Sequence record: DRR378314_1779
DNA length: 57,182 nt
Reading direction: 5' to 3' (one strand)
In this document: one piece after another, positions 9,483 through 20,609 of the stretch
Position numbering within the stretch: the stretch's first letter is position 1
Layout of the letters: every line of letters begins with the position of its first letter
The notes under the pieces: generated by a model
Database searches by the model: none
Told to the model about the DNA's origin: nothing
The model's input: only the letters and a program-made list of their open reading frames with translations
Program-made: the position numbers and the translations under genes

Positions 9483-9875
9483 ATGTCTAAAGTGATTATT
9501 TCAACGGATAAAGCGCCAGCAGCTATCGGCACTTATTCGCAGGCGGTAAAAATTGGTACGACAGTATACCTTTCCGGACAAATTCCTCTGGTTCCTGAAA
9601 GTATGGAGCTCGTTAGCGAAGACTTCACGGCCCAGGCCGAGCAGGTGTTTAAAAACCTGACGGCTGTTTGTGAGGCATCCGGCGGCGAACTGCAGGACAT
9701 GATAAAGGTACAGATTTACCTGACCGATCTGGGGCAGTTTGCCATTGTAAATGAAGTCATGGCGAAGCATTTCAGAGAACCGTATCCGGCTCGCGCGGCT
9801 ATCGGCGTAAAGCAGTTGCCGAAAGGCGCGCAAATCGAAATTGACGGCATTATGGAACTGCCCAGTACCTATTAA
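9483..9875 (+). CDS. ridA: RidA/YjgF-family enamine deaminase
   Basis: [33 protein letters not shown]. Confidence 0.9.
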   Translation: MSKVIISTDKAPAAIGTYSQAVKIGTTVYLSGQIPLVPESMELVSEDFTAQAEQVFKNLTAVCEASGGELQDMIKVQIYLTDLGQFAIVNEVMAKHFREPYPARAAIGVKQLPKGAQIEIDGIMELPSTY

Positions 9876-11216
9876 TTAAGCTGTTTCTGGTGTCGGCTCT
9901 CTGTCTTCCAGAGGGCGGCGCCAGATGATAATGGCAATAGCCACGGCTGCCAGAATAAAGCAATATCCCGTATGCAGACTGACCGATAGTGGCGATATTT
10001 TAAAGCTGGCTCCCATCAACAGTGCCTGTGCCCCGTAAGGCAAAGCTCCCTGCACAACGCAGGCAAAAATATCCAATAAGCTGGCGCTTTGGCGCGGTGC
10101 TAAATTGCCCACTTTGGCCAGACGTTTACTAACTTCGCCGGCCAGTAAGATACTGACGGTGTTGTTGGCGACGCATAGATTTGTCAGAGCGGTCAGGGCT
10201 GCCACGCCAATAGCTGATGCCCGCTGCTTGTGTTTACTGACCTTATTCGCTGCGCTTTCGACAAAACCCGCTAAGAAAGCGAGCCCTCCTTGCTGACGAA
10301 TTAACGCCGACAAGCCGCCAATGAGCAGCGACAGCAGGAAGATTTCCTGCATACTGCCAAAACCTTCGTAGATATCCTGACTAAAAGCCACCCATTCGTA
10401 ATTGACAGTGAACATGCCAAAAGCGGCTGCTAATACAATGCCAAGCCCGAGTACGGCAAAAACATTAAGCCCCATAACCGCTAAAACAATAATGATGAAA
10501 TAAGGTAATGATAGCCATAAGTTGGCTTCCGGAATTTCTAAAGGCACCTGGCTGGTGTCGTAAGTGACTAACCAAATTACGGTAAAGATAGCCGCGGGTA
10601 TGGCAATTTTTAAGTTCGCGCGGAATTTGTCCCGCATGGTACAGCCCTGTGTACGAGTCGCGGCAATGGTGGTGTCTGAAATAATGGATAAGTTATCGCC
10701 AAACATGGCACCGCTAACAAGTACCCCGGCCAGCAGCGGCAAACTAATATCGGTTGCTTCACCAATGCCCAGAACCACCGGAGCCAGCGCCGCCAGTGTG
10801 CCCATAGAGGTGCCCATAGCGGTAGAGATAACCCCGGCAATAATAAACAACCCGGGCAGCAGGAAAGAAGCCGGAATAACATTTAGCCCAAGTGCCACCA
10901 TAGCATCGACCCCACCGGTTGCCTCTGCCACCGTCGAAAACGCACCCGCCAGCAAGTAAATGAGACACATGGTAATAATGTTGTTGTCGCCAACGCCGCC
11001 AACGAAGGTTTCGATGCGCTCTTCAAATGCCTGCTTACTGAGTAAAATGCCAAGGACTATGGCCGGCAGAATCGCAACCGGGCTGGGTAATTGGTAAAAC
11101 GCGTATTCAACCCCTTCGCTTTGAAAATACAATCCGGTTCCTAAGAACAGGATCAAGAATAAAGCCAGAGGTAACAGCGCTTTAGCGCTAGCCGGTTGTG
11201 GCGAAGCATTGGTCAT
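9876..11216 (-). CDS. NhaC-family transporter, probable methionine transporter (MetT-like)
   Basis: AMGTSMGT and GAMFGDNLSIISDTTIAATRTQG are NhaC-family motifs; tandem Met boxes lie upstream. Confidence 0.85.
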   Translation of the reverse strand: MTNASPQPASAKALLPLALFLILFLGTGLYFQSEGVEYAFYQLPSPVAILPAIVLGILLSKQAFEERIETFVGGVGDNNIITMCLIYLLAGAFSTVAEATGGVDAMVALGLNVIPASFLLPGLFIIAGVISTAMGTSMGTLAALAPVVLGIGEATDISLPLLAGVLVSGAMFGDNLSIISDTTIAATRTQGCTMRDKFRANLKIAIPAAIFTVIWLVTYDTSQVPLEIPEANLWLSLPYFIIIVLAVMGLNVFAVLGLGIVLAAAFGMFTVNYEWVAFSQDIYEGFGSMQEIFLLSLLIGGLSALIRQQGGLAFLAGFVESAANKVSKHKQRASAIGVAALTALTNLCVANNTVSILLAGEVSKRLAKVGNLAPRQSASLLDIFACVVQGALPYGAQALLMGASFKISPLSVSLHTGYCFILAAVAIAIIIWRRPLEDREPTPETA

Positions 11217-11240
11217 GTGTCAGCCTTCTTATTTTTATTT

Positions 11241-11264
11241 GGACGTCCAGAAGTTTATACAGCT
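11241..11264. promoter_or_regulatory. Tandem MetJ boxes
   Basis: Three in-register 8-mers GGACGTCC, AGAAGTTT and ATACAGCT match AGACGTCT at 6/8, 6/8 and 5/8; located 25-48 bp upstream of the NhaC-family gene. Confidence 0.7.
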
Positions 11265-11338
11265 AATTATCCTGATGCAACCTTATTCCAATTACGTGTA
11301 GACTGTCGGTGAAGTTGTTTTAGATCAGGATAAAGATA

Positions 11339-12868
11339 ATGAGCCCCGATGAACTGCATTTGCAAATACGAAATTTGCGGCTGGAAGATTACGAACAGTT
11401 AAAAGAATTAATGGATGCTGTCTATACAGACATAGGCGGCTCCTGGAGCCAGTTCACTATAGAAAAGCTGATAAAAGATTTTTCTGAAGGTCAGTTTTGT
11501 CTGGAAGATAATGGCCGCATTGTCGGTGTCGCCTTAACGGTTAAGGTGGCCTACACCAAGTTTTCTAACCCTCACGCCTATGACGATTTAATTGGTCACA
11601 GAGAGGCCATTCTTAACAATAAAAAAGGTGACGCGCTTTATGGGCTGGATGTATTAATTCATCCGGAGTATCGCGGTTATCGTCTGGGACGTCGCTTGTA
11701 CGACGCACGTAAAGAGTTGTGCCGGCAGGCCAATCTGCGCGCCATTCTGGCTGGTGGCCGTATTGTCAATTACCACAAATATGCGAATGAGCTGACGCCA
11801 AGTCAGTATCTGGACAAAGTGCAGCGGCGTGAAATTTATGACCCCATTCTGACCTTTCAGCTGGCGAATGACTTTAGCGTAAAGCGCCTGTTGGGTAAGT
11901 ATCTTCCGGAGGATAAAAAGTCACGCGGCTTTGCCACATTGCTGGAGTGGAATAACTTTCTGTACGAGCCTTCGGATAACATTCTGACAACCCGTATTCA
12001 AAATGTGCGTGTGGGCGCCGTGCAGTGGCAAATGCGCTCGGTGGAGTCGGTAGAAGAGTTGCTGAAGCAGGTGGAATACTTTGTTGATGCTCTGTCGGGT
12101 TATCAAAGCGACTTTGCCGTCTTTCCGGAGTTTTTCAATGCGCCGTTAATGGGGCTAACTGACCAGAGTCAGCAAATGGACGCAATTCGTTTTCTGGCTG
12201 GGTACACCGATCTGTTTAAGCGTGAAATGTCGCAAATGGCAGTCAGCTATAACGTCAATATTATTACTGGATCGATGCCGGTGCAGGACGGAGATAGTAT
12301 TTATAACGTCTCATATTTGTGCCGTCGCGACGGCTCGGTAGAAGAGCAGTACAAATTGCATATTACCCCGCACGAAAAGCGCGACTGGGTCATTGAAGGC
12401 GGCAACGAAGTTAAAGTGTTCGATACCGACGCCGGACGCATTGGTATTTTAATTTGCTATGACGTGGAGTTCCCTGAATTGGGTCGCATAATGGCAGATG
12501 AGGGCTTAGAAATTCTGTTTGTACCGTTCTGGACAGACACCCGTAACGCCTACCTGCGTGTACGACATTGCGCTCAGGCCCGTGCGGTGGAGAACGAATG
12601 TTATGTGGTGATTTGCGGTAGTGTTGGTAACTTGCCTGAAGTGGAAAGTCTGGATGTGCAATATGCGCAGTCGGCAGTATTCTCTCCTTCGGATTTTGCC
12701 TTCCCGCACGACGCCATCATGTCGGAGACCACGCCGAACACGGAAATGCTGATGTTCTCAGACTTAAATCTGGATGAGCTGCGTTATTTGCACCATGAAG
12801 GCTCAGTGACCAATAAAAAGGATCGTCGTACGGATATCTATGAAGTATCTCGTAAACGGATGAGCTAG
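11339..12868 (+). CDS. GNAT N-acetyltransferase / carbon-nitrogen hydrolase fusion
   Basis: N-terminal acetyl-CoA motif IHPEYRGYRLGRRL; C-terminal nitrilase triad segments FPEF, QYKLH and ICYDVEFPE. Confidence 0.9.
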   Translation: MSPDELHLQIRNLRLEDYEQLKELMDAVYTDIGGSWSQFTIEKLIKDFSEGQFCLEDNGRIVGVALTVKVAYTKFSNPHAYDDLIGHREAILNNKKGDALYGLDVLIHPEYRGYRLGRRLYDARKELCRQANLRAILAGGRIVNYHKYANELTPSQYLDKVQRREIYDPILTFQLANDFSVKRLLGKYLPEDKKSRGFATLLEWNNFLYEPSDNILTTRIQNVRVGAVQWQMRSVESVEELLKQVEYFVDALSGYQSDFAVFPEFFNAPLMGLTDQSQQMDAIRFLAGYTDLFKREMSQMAVSYNVNIITGSMPVQDGDSIYNVSYLCRRDGSVEEQYKLHITPHEKRDWVIEGGNEVKVFDTDAGRIGILICYDVEFPELGRIMADEGLEILFVPFWTDTRNAYLRVRHCAQARAVENECYVVICGSVGNLPEVESLDVQYAQSAVFSPSDFAFPHDAIMSETTPNTEMLMFSDLNLDELRYLHHEGSVTNKKDRRTDIYEVSRKRMS

Positions 12869-12873
12869 GACAT

Positions 12874-14082
12874 TTAGAATAGGGCTAAACGGCACCATTG
12901 ACTGGCATCGATATAAAGCTGGCCAATATCGGTGCCGTTCAATTTTTGTTTTAGCGGGTGCTTATCCAGAGCTTCCCACTCGCCGCGCTCATAAAGCTCA
13001 GTCATTTGCAGCAGATATCCCCATACACCCTCGCGGTTTTTCAATGCTTTTGTAATTTCTGAAGACAACGGAAGCTGTCTAAGCACCTCCTGCATAGATA
13101 CGCCCAATATGATATCCAGTAATGACAGCATGCCTGTTAAAAAAGCACTGGAACGGTGCTTTTCGTTAAGAATTTCAACCGTAACCAATTCCATAAAGCG
13201 CGCTCGGGTGACCGATTTAATGGTCAACTCTTCAGGCTGTCCTGCTGACACATTAGCTAAAACAATCAGAGTGATAAAACGGCGAATTTCGGTAGTCCCC
13301 AAATAGACCAGGGCATGCTGGATGTTTTCAATCTTCTTGCGGCCGCCGTATAGTGCGCTGTTGACCAGTTTAAGCAAGCTGTAAGTGAGTGATAAGTCCT
13401 GCTCAATGGCCTGTCGTATGGTATCTAAGTCTAGCTCTTTTTTATGCGCCTCAGACAACAATGTCAGCATACTAATGCGGTTAGGCGCGAGCGATTTTTG
13501 CTGGACTATTTGCGGCTTTTCGAAGAAAAAGCCCTGAAAATAATCAAAGCCTAACTCCAGGCAACGCTCGAACTCGTCCCGGGTTTCAACCCGCTCGGCG
13601 AGCAGTGGAACGCCCTTTTCTTTAAAGAAGCGAATTTTTTCATCAAGCTCTAAACCTTGCTCCTGGATATCAACTTTCACCATATTGATCATAGGAATGA
13701 GAGGTTCCCATTGCCCGGCAAAATCATGATCATCCAATGCAATTCGGTAACCTTTGGCGCGAGTGGCACTGCATGCTTCTAATAAAGGCGCATCAACCCC
13801 CACGGTTTCCAGAAGCTCTACCCACACGGTGCGGGCGTTGAGGAAAGAAGGGAAGTCATTTAGCAAAGTACGGGCATGAAAATTGATAAATGCCTGCTTT
13901 CCCATACAAAGCGTCTGAATGTCACCCAGTAAATGTTGCTGCAAAAGCAGTTTAGAGGTGGCCTCGTTAGGATCAATATTCGGAAAACTGTTTTCAGTAC
14001 TGTTGCGGAACAGCAGTTCATAACCAAAAACTTTTTGGTCTCTGGTTAAAATAGGTTGCCGCGCAATGTAGGAGTACGACAT
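12874..14082 (-). CDS. EAL and HDOD domain protein
   Basis: ARQPI, GYELLFR, IALDD, LLAERVET, FQGFFF; HDOD segment DLSLTYSLLKLVNS...AFLTGMLSLLD. Confidence 0.9.
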   Translation of the reverse strand: MSYSYIARQPILTRDQKVFGYELLFRNSTENSFPNIDPNEATSKLLLQQHLLGDIQTLCMGKQAFINFHARTLLNDFPSFLNARTVWVELLETVGVDAPLLEACSATRAKGYRIALDDHDFAGQWEPLIPMINMVKVDIQEQGLELDEKIRFFKEKGVPLLAERVETRDEFERCLELGFDYFQGFFFEKPQIVQQKSLAPNRISMLTLLSEAHKKELDLDTIRQAIEQDLSLTYSLLKLVNSALYGGRKKIENIQHALVYLGTTEIRRFITLIVLANVSAGQPEELTIKSVTRARFMELVTVEILNEKHRSSAFLTGMLSLLDIILGVSMQEVLRQLPLSSEITKALKNREGVWGYLLQMTELYERGEWEALDKHPLKQKLNGTDIGQLYIDASQWCRLALF

Positions 14083-14178
14083 TGTTATTCTTATTATCCT
14101 GAGTGGAGCATAGGGTTAGTTCTGACCGAATCTCTCGGGTATACTGCTTATATCTAGTCCTATTTTCATAAAAAAGCA

Positions 14179-14859
14179 ATGAGTCCTGAACGATATCAAC
14201 GAATTAACCAAATGTTGGACAAACGTCAGCCAGACCTTACCGTTGTCATGGAGAACGTGCATAAAAACCATAACTTGTCTGCGGTGGTTCGCTCAGCAGA
14301 TGCGATAGGTGTACATGAAATGCACGCCATATGGCTGACCAAAAAGGCGCGTTTGTCGGGTGGTACTGCGCTTGGCAGTCAAAACTGGGTGAAAATACAT
14401 AATCATAAAACGGTTGGTGAAGCGCTGGAGGCAACTCAAGGTCGGGGCATGCAAGTGGTGGTGACTCACCTTTCGGAACACTCGGTGGATTTTCGTGAAG
14501 TGGACTACACCAAACCAACCGCAATTCTGCTGGGGCAGGAAAAGTATGGCGTTACCGATGAAGCTTTGGATATTGCTGATTATCACGTAATGATTCCTAT
14601 GGTAGGCATGGTACAGTCACTGAATGTCTCTGTTGCTGGCGCGGTGATGCTGTATGAAGCGCAGCGACAACGAGAGCAAGCTGGCTTATACGATAAAACA
14701 CATATCAGCGCCGAAGAGCGGCACAGGGTGTTATTTGAAGGTGGTCATCCAATTTATGCAAAGGCGTGTAAACGTAAGAATATGCCTTACCCGGAGCTGG
14801 ATGAAAATGGACAAATTGTCGCTGATGAAGCCTGGTGGCTGGCGATGCGCGCAAGATAA
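14179..14859 (+). CDS. trmH: tRNA (guanosine18-2'-O)-methyltransferase
   Basis: RQPDLTV, HNLSAVVRSADA, GQEKYG, IPMVGMVQSLNVSVA; directly upstream of recG. Confidence 0.96.
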   Translation: MSPERYQRINQMLDKRQPDLTVVMENVHKNHNLSAVVRSADAIGVHEMHAIWLTKKARLSGGTALGSQNWVKIHNHKTVGEALEATQGRGMQVVVTHLSEHSVDFREVDYTKPTAILLGQEKYGVTDEALDIADYHVMIPMVGMVQSLNVSVAGAVMLYEAQRQREQAGLYDKTHISAEERHRVLFEGGHPIYAKACKRKNMPYPELDENGQIVADEAWWLAMRAR

Positions 14860-14868
14860 GGAGCAAAG

Positions 14869-16950
14869 GTGGCGGTAAAAGGACTGCAGCACATTCCACT
14901 GACGGTACTTAAAGGTGTGGGCGAAAAGGTTGCGGTTAAGCTGCGCAAGCTTGGCTTAGCCTCTGTCAGTGATGCACTGTTGCATCTGCCGTTGCGGTAC
15001 GAGGATCGTACTCAGGTAACTGACGTTGCAAATTTACGTGCGGGTGTGGCGACCAATGTTTTGGTCACGGTGCGGCACGCCGATATCAAGTACGGTCGTA
15101 AGCGTATGCTGATTTGTCAGGCCAGCGACGAAACCGGCAGTATCAGTCTGCGGTTTTTTCAATTTAGCGCGGCTCAGCTAAAGCAATTCGCACAAGGCAC
15201 GCAGTTACTAGCCTTTGGCGAAGTGCGTCGGGGCATGACCGGCTGGGAGATGATTCACCCCGAGTACCGAATGGTCAAAGCTGGCGAGCCATTGAATATG
15301 CAGGAAACTCTGACGCCGGTTTACCCCATGACAGAAGGCGTGACTCAGGGAATTTTGCGCAAGATCATCGAGCAGGCACTGACGTATCTTCAGCCCGGCT
15401 CTTTACCTGAACTGCTGCCTGAAAATTTAAGACCCCATCAACTTTCTTTAGAGCAGGCTATTTTGACTCTGCACCGGCCGCCGGTGGATGTTCCCCTGGC
15501 ACTGCTGGAGCAAGGCGAGCATCCCGCGCAGCAGCGCCTGGCATCGGAAGAACTTATTGCTCACCAGTTAAGTTTGCTGCAGTTACGCCAGGCTCGACAG
15601 GCTCAGGCGGGCTTTACCATAAAAGGCAATGGTGCGTTACAAGAGGCATTTTTAAAGCAGTTGCCGTTTTCACCCACTGGCGCGCAGACAAGAGTGGTGA
15701 AAGAAATTACCAGCGATATGGCGCAAGGTCAGCCAATGATGCGACTGGTGCAGGGTGATGTCGGCTCAGGCAAAACTCTGGTTGCTGCGCTCAGCGCTCT
15801 GGCAGCCATTGAAGCTGGATATCAGGTGGCTTTAATGGCGCCGACCGAGCTTTTGTCTGAACAGCACGCCATTACTTTTAGCCAGTGGCTGATGCCCCTG
15901 GGTATTAATGTCGCTTGGTTGAGCGGCAAATCCAAAGGTAAGTCCCGTCGGGAATTGCTGGCACAGTTAAAGCAGGGAGATATTCATTTACTGGTTGGTA
16001 CCCACGCGTTGTTTCAGGCGGATGTTGAGTATCGGCGCCTGGCATTGGTGATTATTGACGAACAGCACCGTTTTGGTGTGCACCAGCGGTTACAATTACG
16101 CGAAAAAGGCGTTCAGGCCGGCGTGCATCCTCACCAGTTAATTATGACTGCAACACCCATCCCGCGAACTTTGGCTATGACAGCGTATGCGGATTTAGCC
16201 ACATCAGTTATTGATGAATTACCGCCCGGACGCACACCGGTAACCACGGTTGCCATTCCGGATACCCGGCGGGAACAAATTGTGGAGCGTGTGCGGGAGG
16301 TCTGTGCCACTGAAGGCCGTCAGGCGTATTGGGTCTGTACCCTTATTGAAGAGTCCGATGTACTTGAATGTCAGGCCGCAGAAGACACCGCCAATGACTT
16401 GCAGGAGCAATTGCCTGGCTTGAGTATTGGCCTGGTGCATGGCCGGCTTAAACATGAGCAGAAAGAACAGGTGATGCAGGCGTTTAAAGCGGGTGATATT
16501 GACTTATTGGTCGCAACGACGGTCATAGAGGTTGGGGTGGATGTTCCCAACGCGTCGCTCATGATTATTGAAAACCCGGAACGGCTGGGCTTAGCTCAGT
16601 TACACCAGTTGCGCGGCCGCGTTGGCCGGGGCTCTGTAGCCAGTCATTGCGTGCTGCTGTATCACAGTCCGTTATCGCAAACTGCACAGCAGAGGCTGGG
16701 CGTTTTACGCGAAAGTAACGACGGTTTTGTGATTGCACAGCGCGATCTGGAAATTCGTGGGCCGGGTGAATTGCTAGGCCACCGGCAGACAGGGTTAGCT
16801 GAATTAAAAGTGGCTGACTTAGAGCGCGATGAAGCGTTAATACCAGAAGCCCAAAATATTGCTCAGCACGTATTAGAGCATTATCCGCAAAGCGCAGAAG
16901 CGCTAATTGAGCGTTGGTTACCGCGTCGTGACCACTATGCTCAGGTGTGA
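14869..16950 (+). CDS. recG: ATP-dependent DNA helicase RecG
   Basis: LPLRYEDRT, QGDVGSGKT, DEQH, TATPIPRTL, QLRGRVGRG, DLEIRGPGE. Confidence 0.98.
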   Translation: MAVKGLQHIPLTVLKGVGEKVAVKLRKLGLASVSDALLHLPLRYEDRTQVTDVANLRAGVATNVLVTVRHADIKYGRKRMLICQASDETGSISLRFFQFSAAQLKQFAQGTQLLAFGEVRRGMTGWEMIHPEYRMVKAGEPLNMQETLTPVYPMTEGVTQGILRKIIEQALTYLQPGSLPELLPENLRPHQLSLEQAILTLHRPPVDVPLALLEQGEHPAQQRLASEELIAHQLSLLQLRQARQAQAGFTIKGNGALQEAFLKQLPFSPTGAQTRVVKEITSDMAQGQPMMRLVQGDVGSGKTLVAALSALAAIEAGYQVALMAPTELLSEQHAITFSQWLMPLGINVAWLSGKSKGKSRRELLAQLKQGDIHLLVGTHALFQADVEYRRLALVIIDEQHRFGVHQRLQLREKGVQAGVHPHQLIMTATPIPRTLAMTAYADLATSVIDELPPGRTPVTTVAIPDTRREQIVERVREVCATEGRQAYWVCTLIEESDVLECQAAEDTANDLQEQLPGLSIGLVHGRLKHEQKEQVMQAFKAGDIDLLVATTVIEVGVDVPNASLMIIENPERLGLAQLHQLRGRVGRGSVASHCVLLYHSPLSQTAQQRLGVLRESNDGFVIAQRDLEIRGPGELLGHRQTGLAELKVADLERDEALIPEAQNIAQHVLEHYPQSAEALIERWLPRRDHYAQV

Positions 16951-16991
16951 TCATCAAGTACACTAGTACAAAATCAGTTCGGGATAGTTGA

Positions 16992-17747
16992 ATGAACGAT
17001 AAAAACGAAGAATCCATTGATTTTGGGTATCAAAAAGTCGCCCGTAATCAGAAAAAAAACCTGGTCGCTGATGTCTTTCAGTCGGTAGCGGCAAAATATG
17101 ATGTTATGAACGACTTAATGTCGTTTGGTATTCATCGTTTATGGAAGCGTTATACCATTGACTGCAGTGGTGTTCGCCGTGGTATGAAAGTATTGGATAT
17201 TGCCGGCGGAACTGGCGACTTAACGGCTCAGTTCTCACGTCGTGTTGGTGCTGAGGGCGAAGTTGTGCTGGCCGATATTAACGACGCTATGCTGAAAGTG
17301 GGTCGTGACAAGCTGCGTGACAGAGGCATTATTGGCAATGTTCGTTACGTGCAGGCTGACGCGGAAGAACTTCCGTTTGATGACAATACCTTTGATGTTA
17401 TTACCATTGCTTTTGGTTTGCGCAATGTCACCGACAAAGACAAAGCTCTTCGCTCTATGTTGCGGGTACTGAAACCTGGCGGTCGGGTACTAATTCTTGA
17501 ATTTTCTAAGCCGGTATCGGCTACATTGAATCAGGTGTACGACTTTTATTCGTTCAACATTTTGCCAAAAATGGGGCAGGTTGTTGCTAACGACTCTGAC
17601 AGCTATCAGTATTTGGCGGAATCTATCCGTATGCACCCGGACCAGGAAACACTGAAGTCAATGATGGAAGCTGCTGGTTATGAAAAAGTCGACTACCAGA
17701 ACATGACTGGTGGCGTGGTTGCACTGCACCGAGGGTATAAGTTCTGA
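16992..17747 (+). CDS. ubiE: Ubiquinone/menaquinone C-methyltransferase
   Basis: [42 protein letters not shown]. Confidence 0.98.
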   Translation: MNDKNEESIDFGYQKVARNQKKNLVADVFQSVAAKYDVMNDLMSFGIHRLWKRYTIDCSGVRRGMKVLDIAGGTGDLTAQFSRRVGAEGEVVLADINDAMLKVGRDKLRDRGIIGNVRYVQADAEELPFDDNTFDVITIAFGLRNVTDKDKALRSMLRVLKPGGRVLILEFSKPVSATLNQVYDFYSFNILPKMGQVVANDSDSYQYLAESIRMHPDQETLKSMMEAAGYEKVDYQNMTGGVVALHRGYKF

Positions 17748-18352
17748 TGACGTTATTACCGCTTATTCCAATCTTGTTGGTCGAGAAGTTAGCAAACAAT
17801 GTGCTGCACCGTGACCCGGAATCGGCGGAACGTTTGCAGCGGCTGGACGGTAAGCGCCTGCGTTTTGATCTGAAGGAACTGCCCTTTGAAGTCACTGTGA
17901 GTGTTGATGCCCATGGTGTTCAGCTTAGTACCTCGGATGACAGCGAAGTAGACTGCCGTATTGCAACAGAAATGGGTGTATTGCCGGAGTTGCAGGATAC
18001 CGCTAACCTCACGCGGCTGATAAAAGCGGACTTACTGGATATTGATGGTGACCCCATGCTGGCGCAACAAGTGGTTAGCTTGTTTAAGTCGCTGAACGTT
18101 GACTGGGAAGCTGAGCTCGCGAAAACCGTTGGTGATGCGCCTGCCTACTGGCTGGGAAAGCTGTGGCGACGTAGCCGTGAGCAGGTAAAAACACATTGGC
18201 AACAGCAGCAGCGCTGGGTGCATGGTGTGTTGACCGAAGAGAAGAAATTATTACCGGTAAGAGCTGAATTTGACCAGTTTAAAACCGATTTACAACAGCT
18301 GCGGGCTCAAATCGAGCGCCTTGAACGCCAGTGTCGTGAGAAGAAGGGTTAA
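17747..18352 (+). CDS. ubiJ: Ubiquinone biosynthesis accessory factor (SCP2 domain)
   Basis: Lies between ubiE and ubiB; SCP2-like N-terminus, DWEAELA..VGD motif and coiled-coil C-terminus. Confidence 0.85.
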   Translation: MTLLPLIPILLVEKLANNVLHRDPESAERLQRLDGKRLRFDLKELPFEVTVSVDAHGVQLSTSDDSEVDCRIATEMGVLPELQDTANLTRLIKADLLDIDGDPMLAQQVVSLFKSLNVDWEAELAKTVGDAPAYWLGKLWRRSREQVKTHWQQQQRWVHGVLTEEKKLLPVRAEFDQFKTDLQQLRAQIERLERQCREKKG

Positions 18353-20016
18353 TGATGCGGACGCGCCGCTTTTACAAAATCACCAAAACACTACTGAGTT
18401 ACGGGTTAGATGATCTTATCCCTGCGGGTTGGTTGCCCTGGACTATCCGTTTAGGCCGCCATGCTTTTTTCTGGTTGCCTAATAAGCATAAAGACAAGCC
18501 TGCCGGTGTGCGTTTAAGACTGGCACTGGAAGAGCTGGGCCCGGTGTGGGTCAAGTTCGGGCAAATGCTCTCAACCCGCCGCGACTTATTACCGCCTGAC
18601 ATTGCAATTGAACTGGCACGCCTGCAGGACAAAGTTCCTCCTTTCGACGGTCATGCCGCACAGCGTATTATCGAAAAGTCCTTAGGCTTGCAGAGCATCA
18701 ATGACTGTTTTGCAGATTTTGATACAACGCCTTTAGCCTCAGCGTCAATCGCTCAGGTGCATACTGGGAAACTGAAAACCAGAGACGGTGAGCTAACGGA
18801 TATTGTTATAAAAGTTATTCGTCCGGATATCCGTGAGACCATTAATGCGGATTTAGAATTGATGGAAACCCTGGCCTCGGTAGCTGCGCACCATTTACCC
18901 GACGGGCGGCGCTTAAAGCCTAAAGAAGTGGTTAAAGAGTATCGCAAAACCCTGCTGGATGAGCTGGACTTAATGCGCGAAGCCGGTAACGCGATACAGC
19001 TGAAGCGCAACTTTGAAAACTCCGACATGTTATACATTCCGGTGGTTTACAGCGACTACAGCCGCCACAACGTGATGGTAATGGAACGCATTGATGGCAT
19101 TCCGGTGAGTGATATTGCCACCCTGAAAGCCCGCGGCGTAGATATGAAAAAACTGGCTGAGCGGGGTGTTGAAGTCTTTTTCACTCAGGTATTCCGCGAC
19201 AGTTTTTTCCATGCCGATATGCACCCTGGCAACATTTTTGTGGCGAAAGATGACCCATTGAATCCGCGCTACATTGGTATTGATTTTGGTATTGTCGGAA
19301 CTCTGAACCGCGACGACAAACGTTATTTAGCTGAAAACTTTTTGGCATTTTTTAACCGAGATTACCGTAAAGTTGCGGAGCTGCATGTTGATTCAGGCTG
19401 GGTACCCAAACACACCAATATTGAAGAGTTTGAGTCTGCCATAAGAACGGTTTGTGAACCTATTTTTGAGAAGCCGTTGGCGGAAATTTCATTCGGGCAT
19501 GTGCTGATTAACTTATTTAATACGGCGCGACGCTTTGAGATGGAAGTTCAGCCGCAGCTGGTATTACTGCAGAAAACCCTGTTGTACATTGAAGGTTTGG
19601 GGCGTCAGTTGTACCCGGAGCTGGATTTATGGAAAACGGCAAAACCCTTCCTTGAACGCTGGATGAAGGAACAGCTGGGCTGGCGGGCGATTGTGCGGTC
19701 GGTAAAAGAGAACGCGCCGTACTGGGCGGAAAAACTGCCGGAAATGCCAATGATGTTGTATGAAAACCTTCGTCAACAACATAATATTGATGAGCGCGAG
19801 CGAGAGTTACGTAAGCAGCAGTTATTAACACAAAGACAAGCATCGACGTCGCTGTTCTGGACTGTGTTAACCGGCAGCGGCTTAATTTGTACGACTCTGC
19901 TCTGGAACCAGACTGAGCTTTCAGAAGTGACGATTGGAGCGGGTATTGTCACTGTACTGCTGGGCCTTATGGCCTGGCGCACTCGCCCGAAAACAAAGAA
20001 TAGTGAATTTGTTTAA
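18352..20016 (+). CDS. ubiB: Ubiquinone biosynthesis ABC1-family kinase-like protein
   Basis: [42 protein letters not shown]. Confidence 0.97.
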   Translation: MMRTRRFYKITKTLLSYGLDDLIPAGWLPWTIRLGRHAFFWLPNKHKDKPAGVRLRLALEELGPVWVKFGQMLSTRRDLLPPDIAIELARLQDKVPPFDGHAAQRIIEKSLGLQSINDCFADFDTTPLASASIAQVHTGKLKTRDGELTDIVIKVIRPDIRETINADLELMETLASVAAHHLPDGRRLKPKEVVKEYRKTLLDELDLMREAGNAIQLKRNFENSDMLYIPVVYSDYSRHNVMVMERIDGIPVSDIATLKARGVDMKKLAERGVEVFFTQVFRDSFFHADMHPGNIFVAKDDPLNPRYIGIDFGIVGTLNRDDKRYLAENFLAFFNRDYRKVAELHVDSGWVPKHTNIEEFESAIRTVCEPIFEKPLAEISFGHVLINLFNTARRFEMEVQPQLVLLQKTLLYIEGLGRQLYPELDLWKTAKPFLERWMKEQLGWRAIVRSVKENAPYWAEKLPEMPMMLYENLRQQHNIDERERELRKQQLLTQRQASTSLFWTVLTGSGLICTTLLWNQTELSEVTIGAGIVTVLLGLMAWRTRPKTKNSEFV

Positions 20017-20036
20017 CTTAAACGGTAGGAAATAAC

Positions 20037-20258
20037 ATGGGTGTATCACCTTGGCAGTTACTCATCTTGTTGGTCATTGTTGTATTGCTGTTTGGCACCA
20101 AGCGTCTGCGTAGCCTGGGTTCAGACTTAGGTAATGCGGTAAAAGGCTTTAAAAAGTCTATGGGCGACGAAGATGACAGCAAAGATAAAGACGACTCTTT
20201 GCAGCACAAAGAAGAACATGACGATAAGTCCAATTCGGATAAATCCGGGAAATCTTAA
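20037..20258 (+). CDS. tatA: Tat translocase subunit A
   Basis: WQLLI...[21 protein letters not shown]. Confidence 0.96.
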   Translation: MGVSPWQLLILLVIVVLLFGTKRLRSLGSDLGNAVKGFKKSMGDEDDSKDKDDSLQHKEEHDDKSNSDKSGKS

Positions 20259-20609
20259 ATGTTCGATATTGGTTTCTGGGAGTTATTGCTGATTGCGATA
20301 GTCGGCTTGCTGGTGCTTGGTCCCGAGCGCCTGCCTTCGGCTATTCGTGGCTTTCAGAGAACCTTGTCGAGTATTAAGCAGTACTCTCAAAAAGTACAGA
20401 ATGAGCTTGACCATGAACTGCGTATTAAAGAGCTGCACGAACATTTGAAACAAGCTGAGAGTCAGGACCTTGAAAATTTAAGTCCGGAACTGCAACGCTC
20501 GCTAGTCGAATTAAGAAGTGCGGCAGAAGAGGTTCAGCGACCCTATTCTAAGCCAGATTCCGAACCCAAAGAAAAAACCGGAACCGATGTGGGTAAAGGT
20601 AATGAGTGA
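20259..20609 (+). CDS. tatB: Tat translocase subunit B
   Basis: [10 protein letters not shown]...VLGPERLP. Confidence 0.96.
   Translation: MFDIGFWELLLIAIVGLLVLGPERLPSAIRGFQRTLSSIKQYSQKVQNELDHELRIKELHEHLKQAESQDLENLSPELQRSLVELRSAAEEVQRPYSKPDSEPKEKTGTDVGKGNE

Noticed and set aside
10105-10968. Several overlapping ORFs inside the NhaC-family gene
   Set aside because: Shadow frames of a hydrophobic membrane-protein gene; no motifs or RBS.
16565-17017. 150-aa minus-strand ORF
   Set aside because: Antisense to recG/ubiE with no recognisable domain.
20518-20601. Extended tatC start
   Set aside because: It overlaps tatB heavily; TatC similarity starts at ATG 20602.
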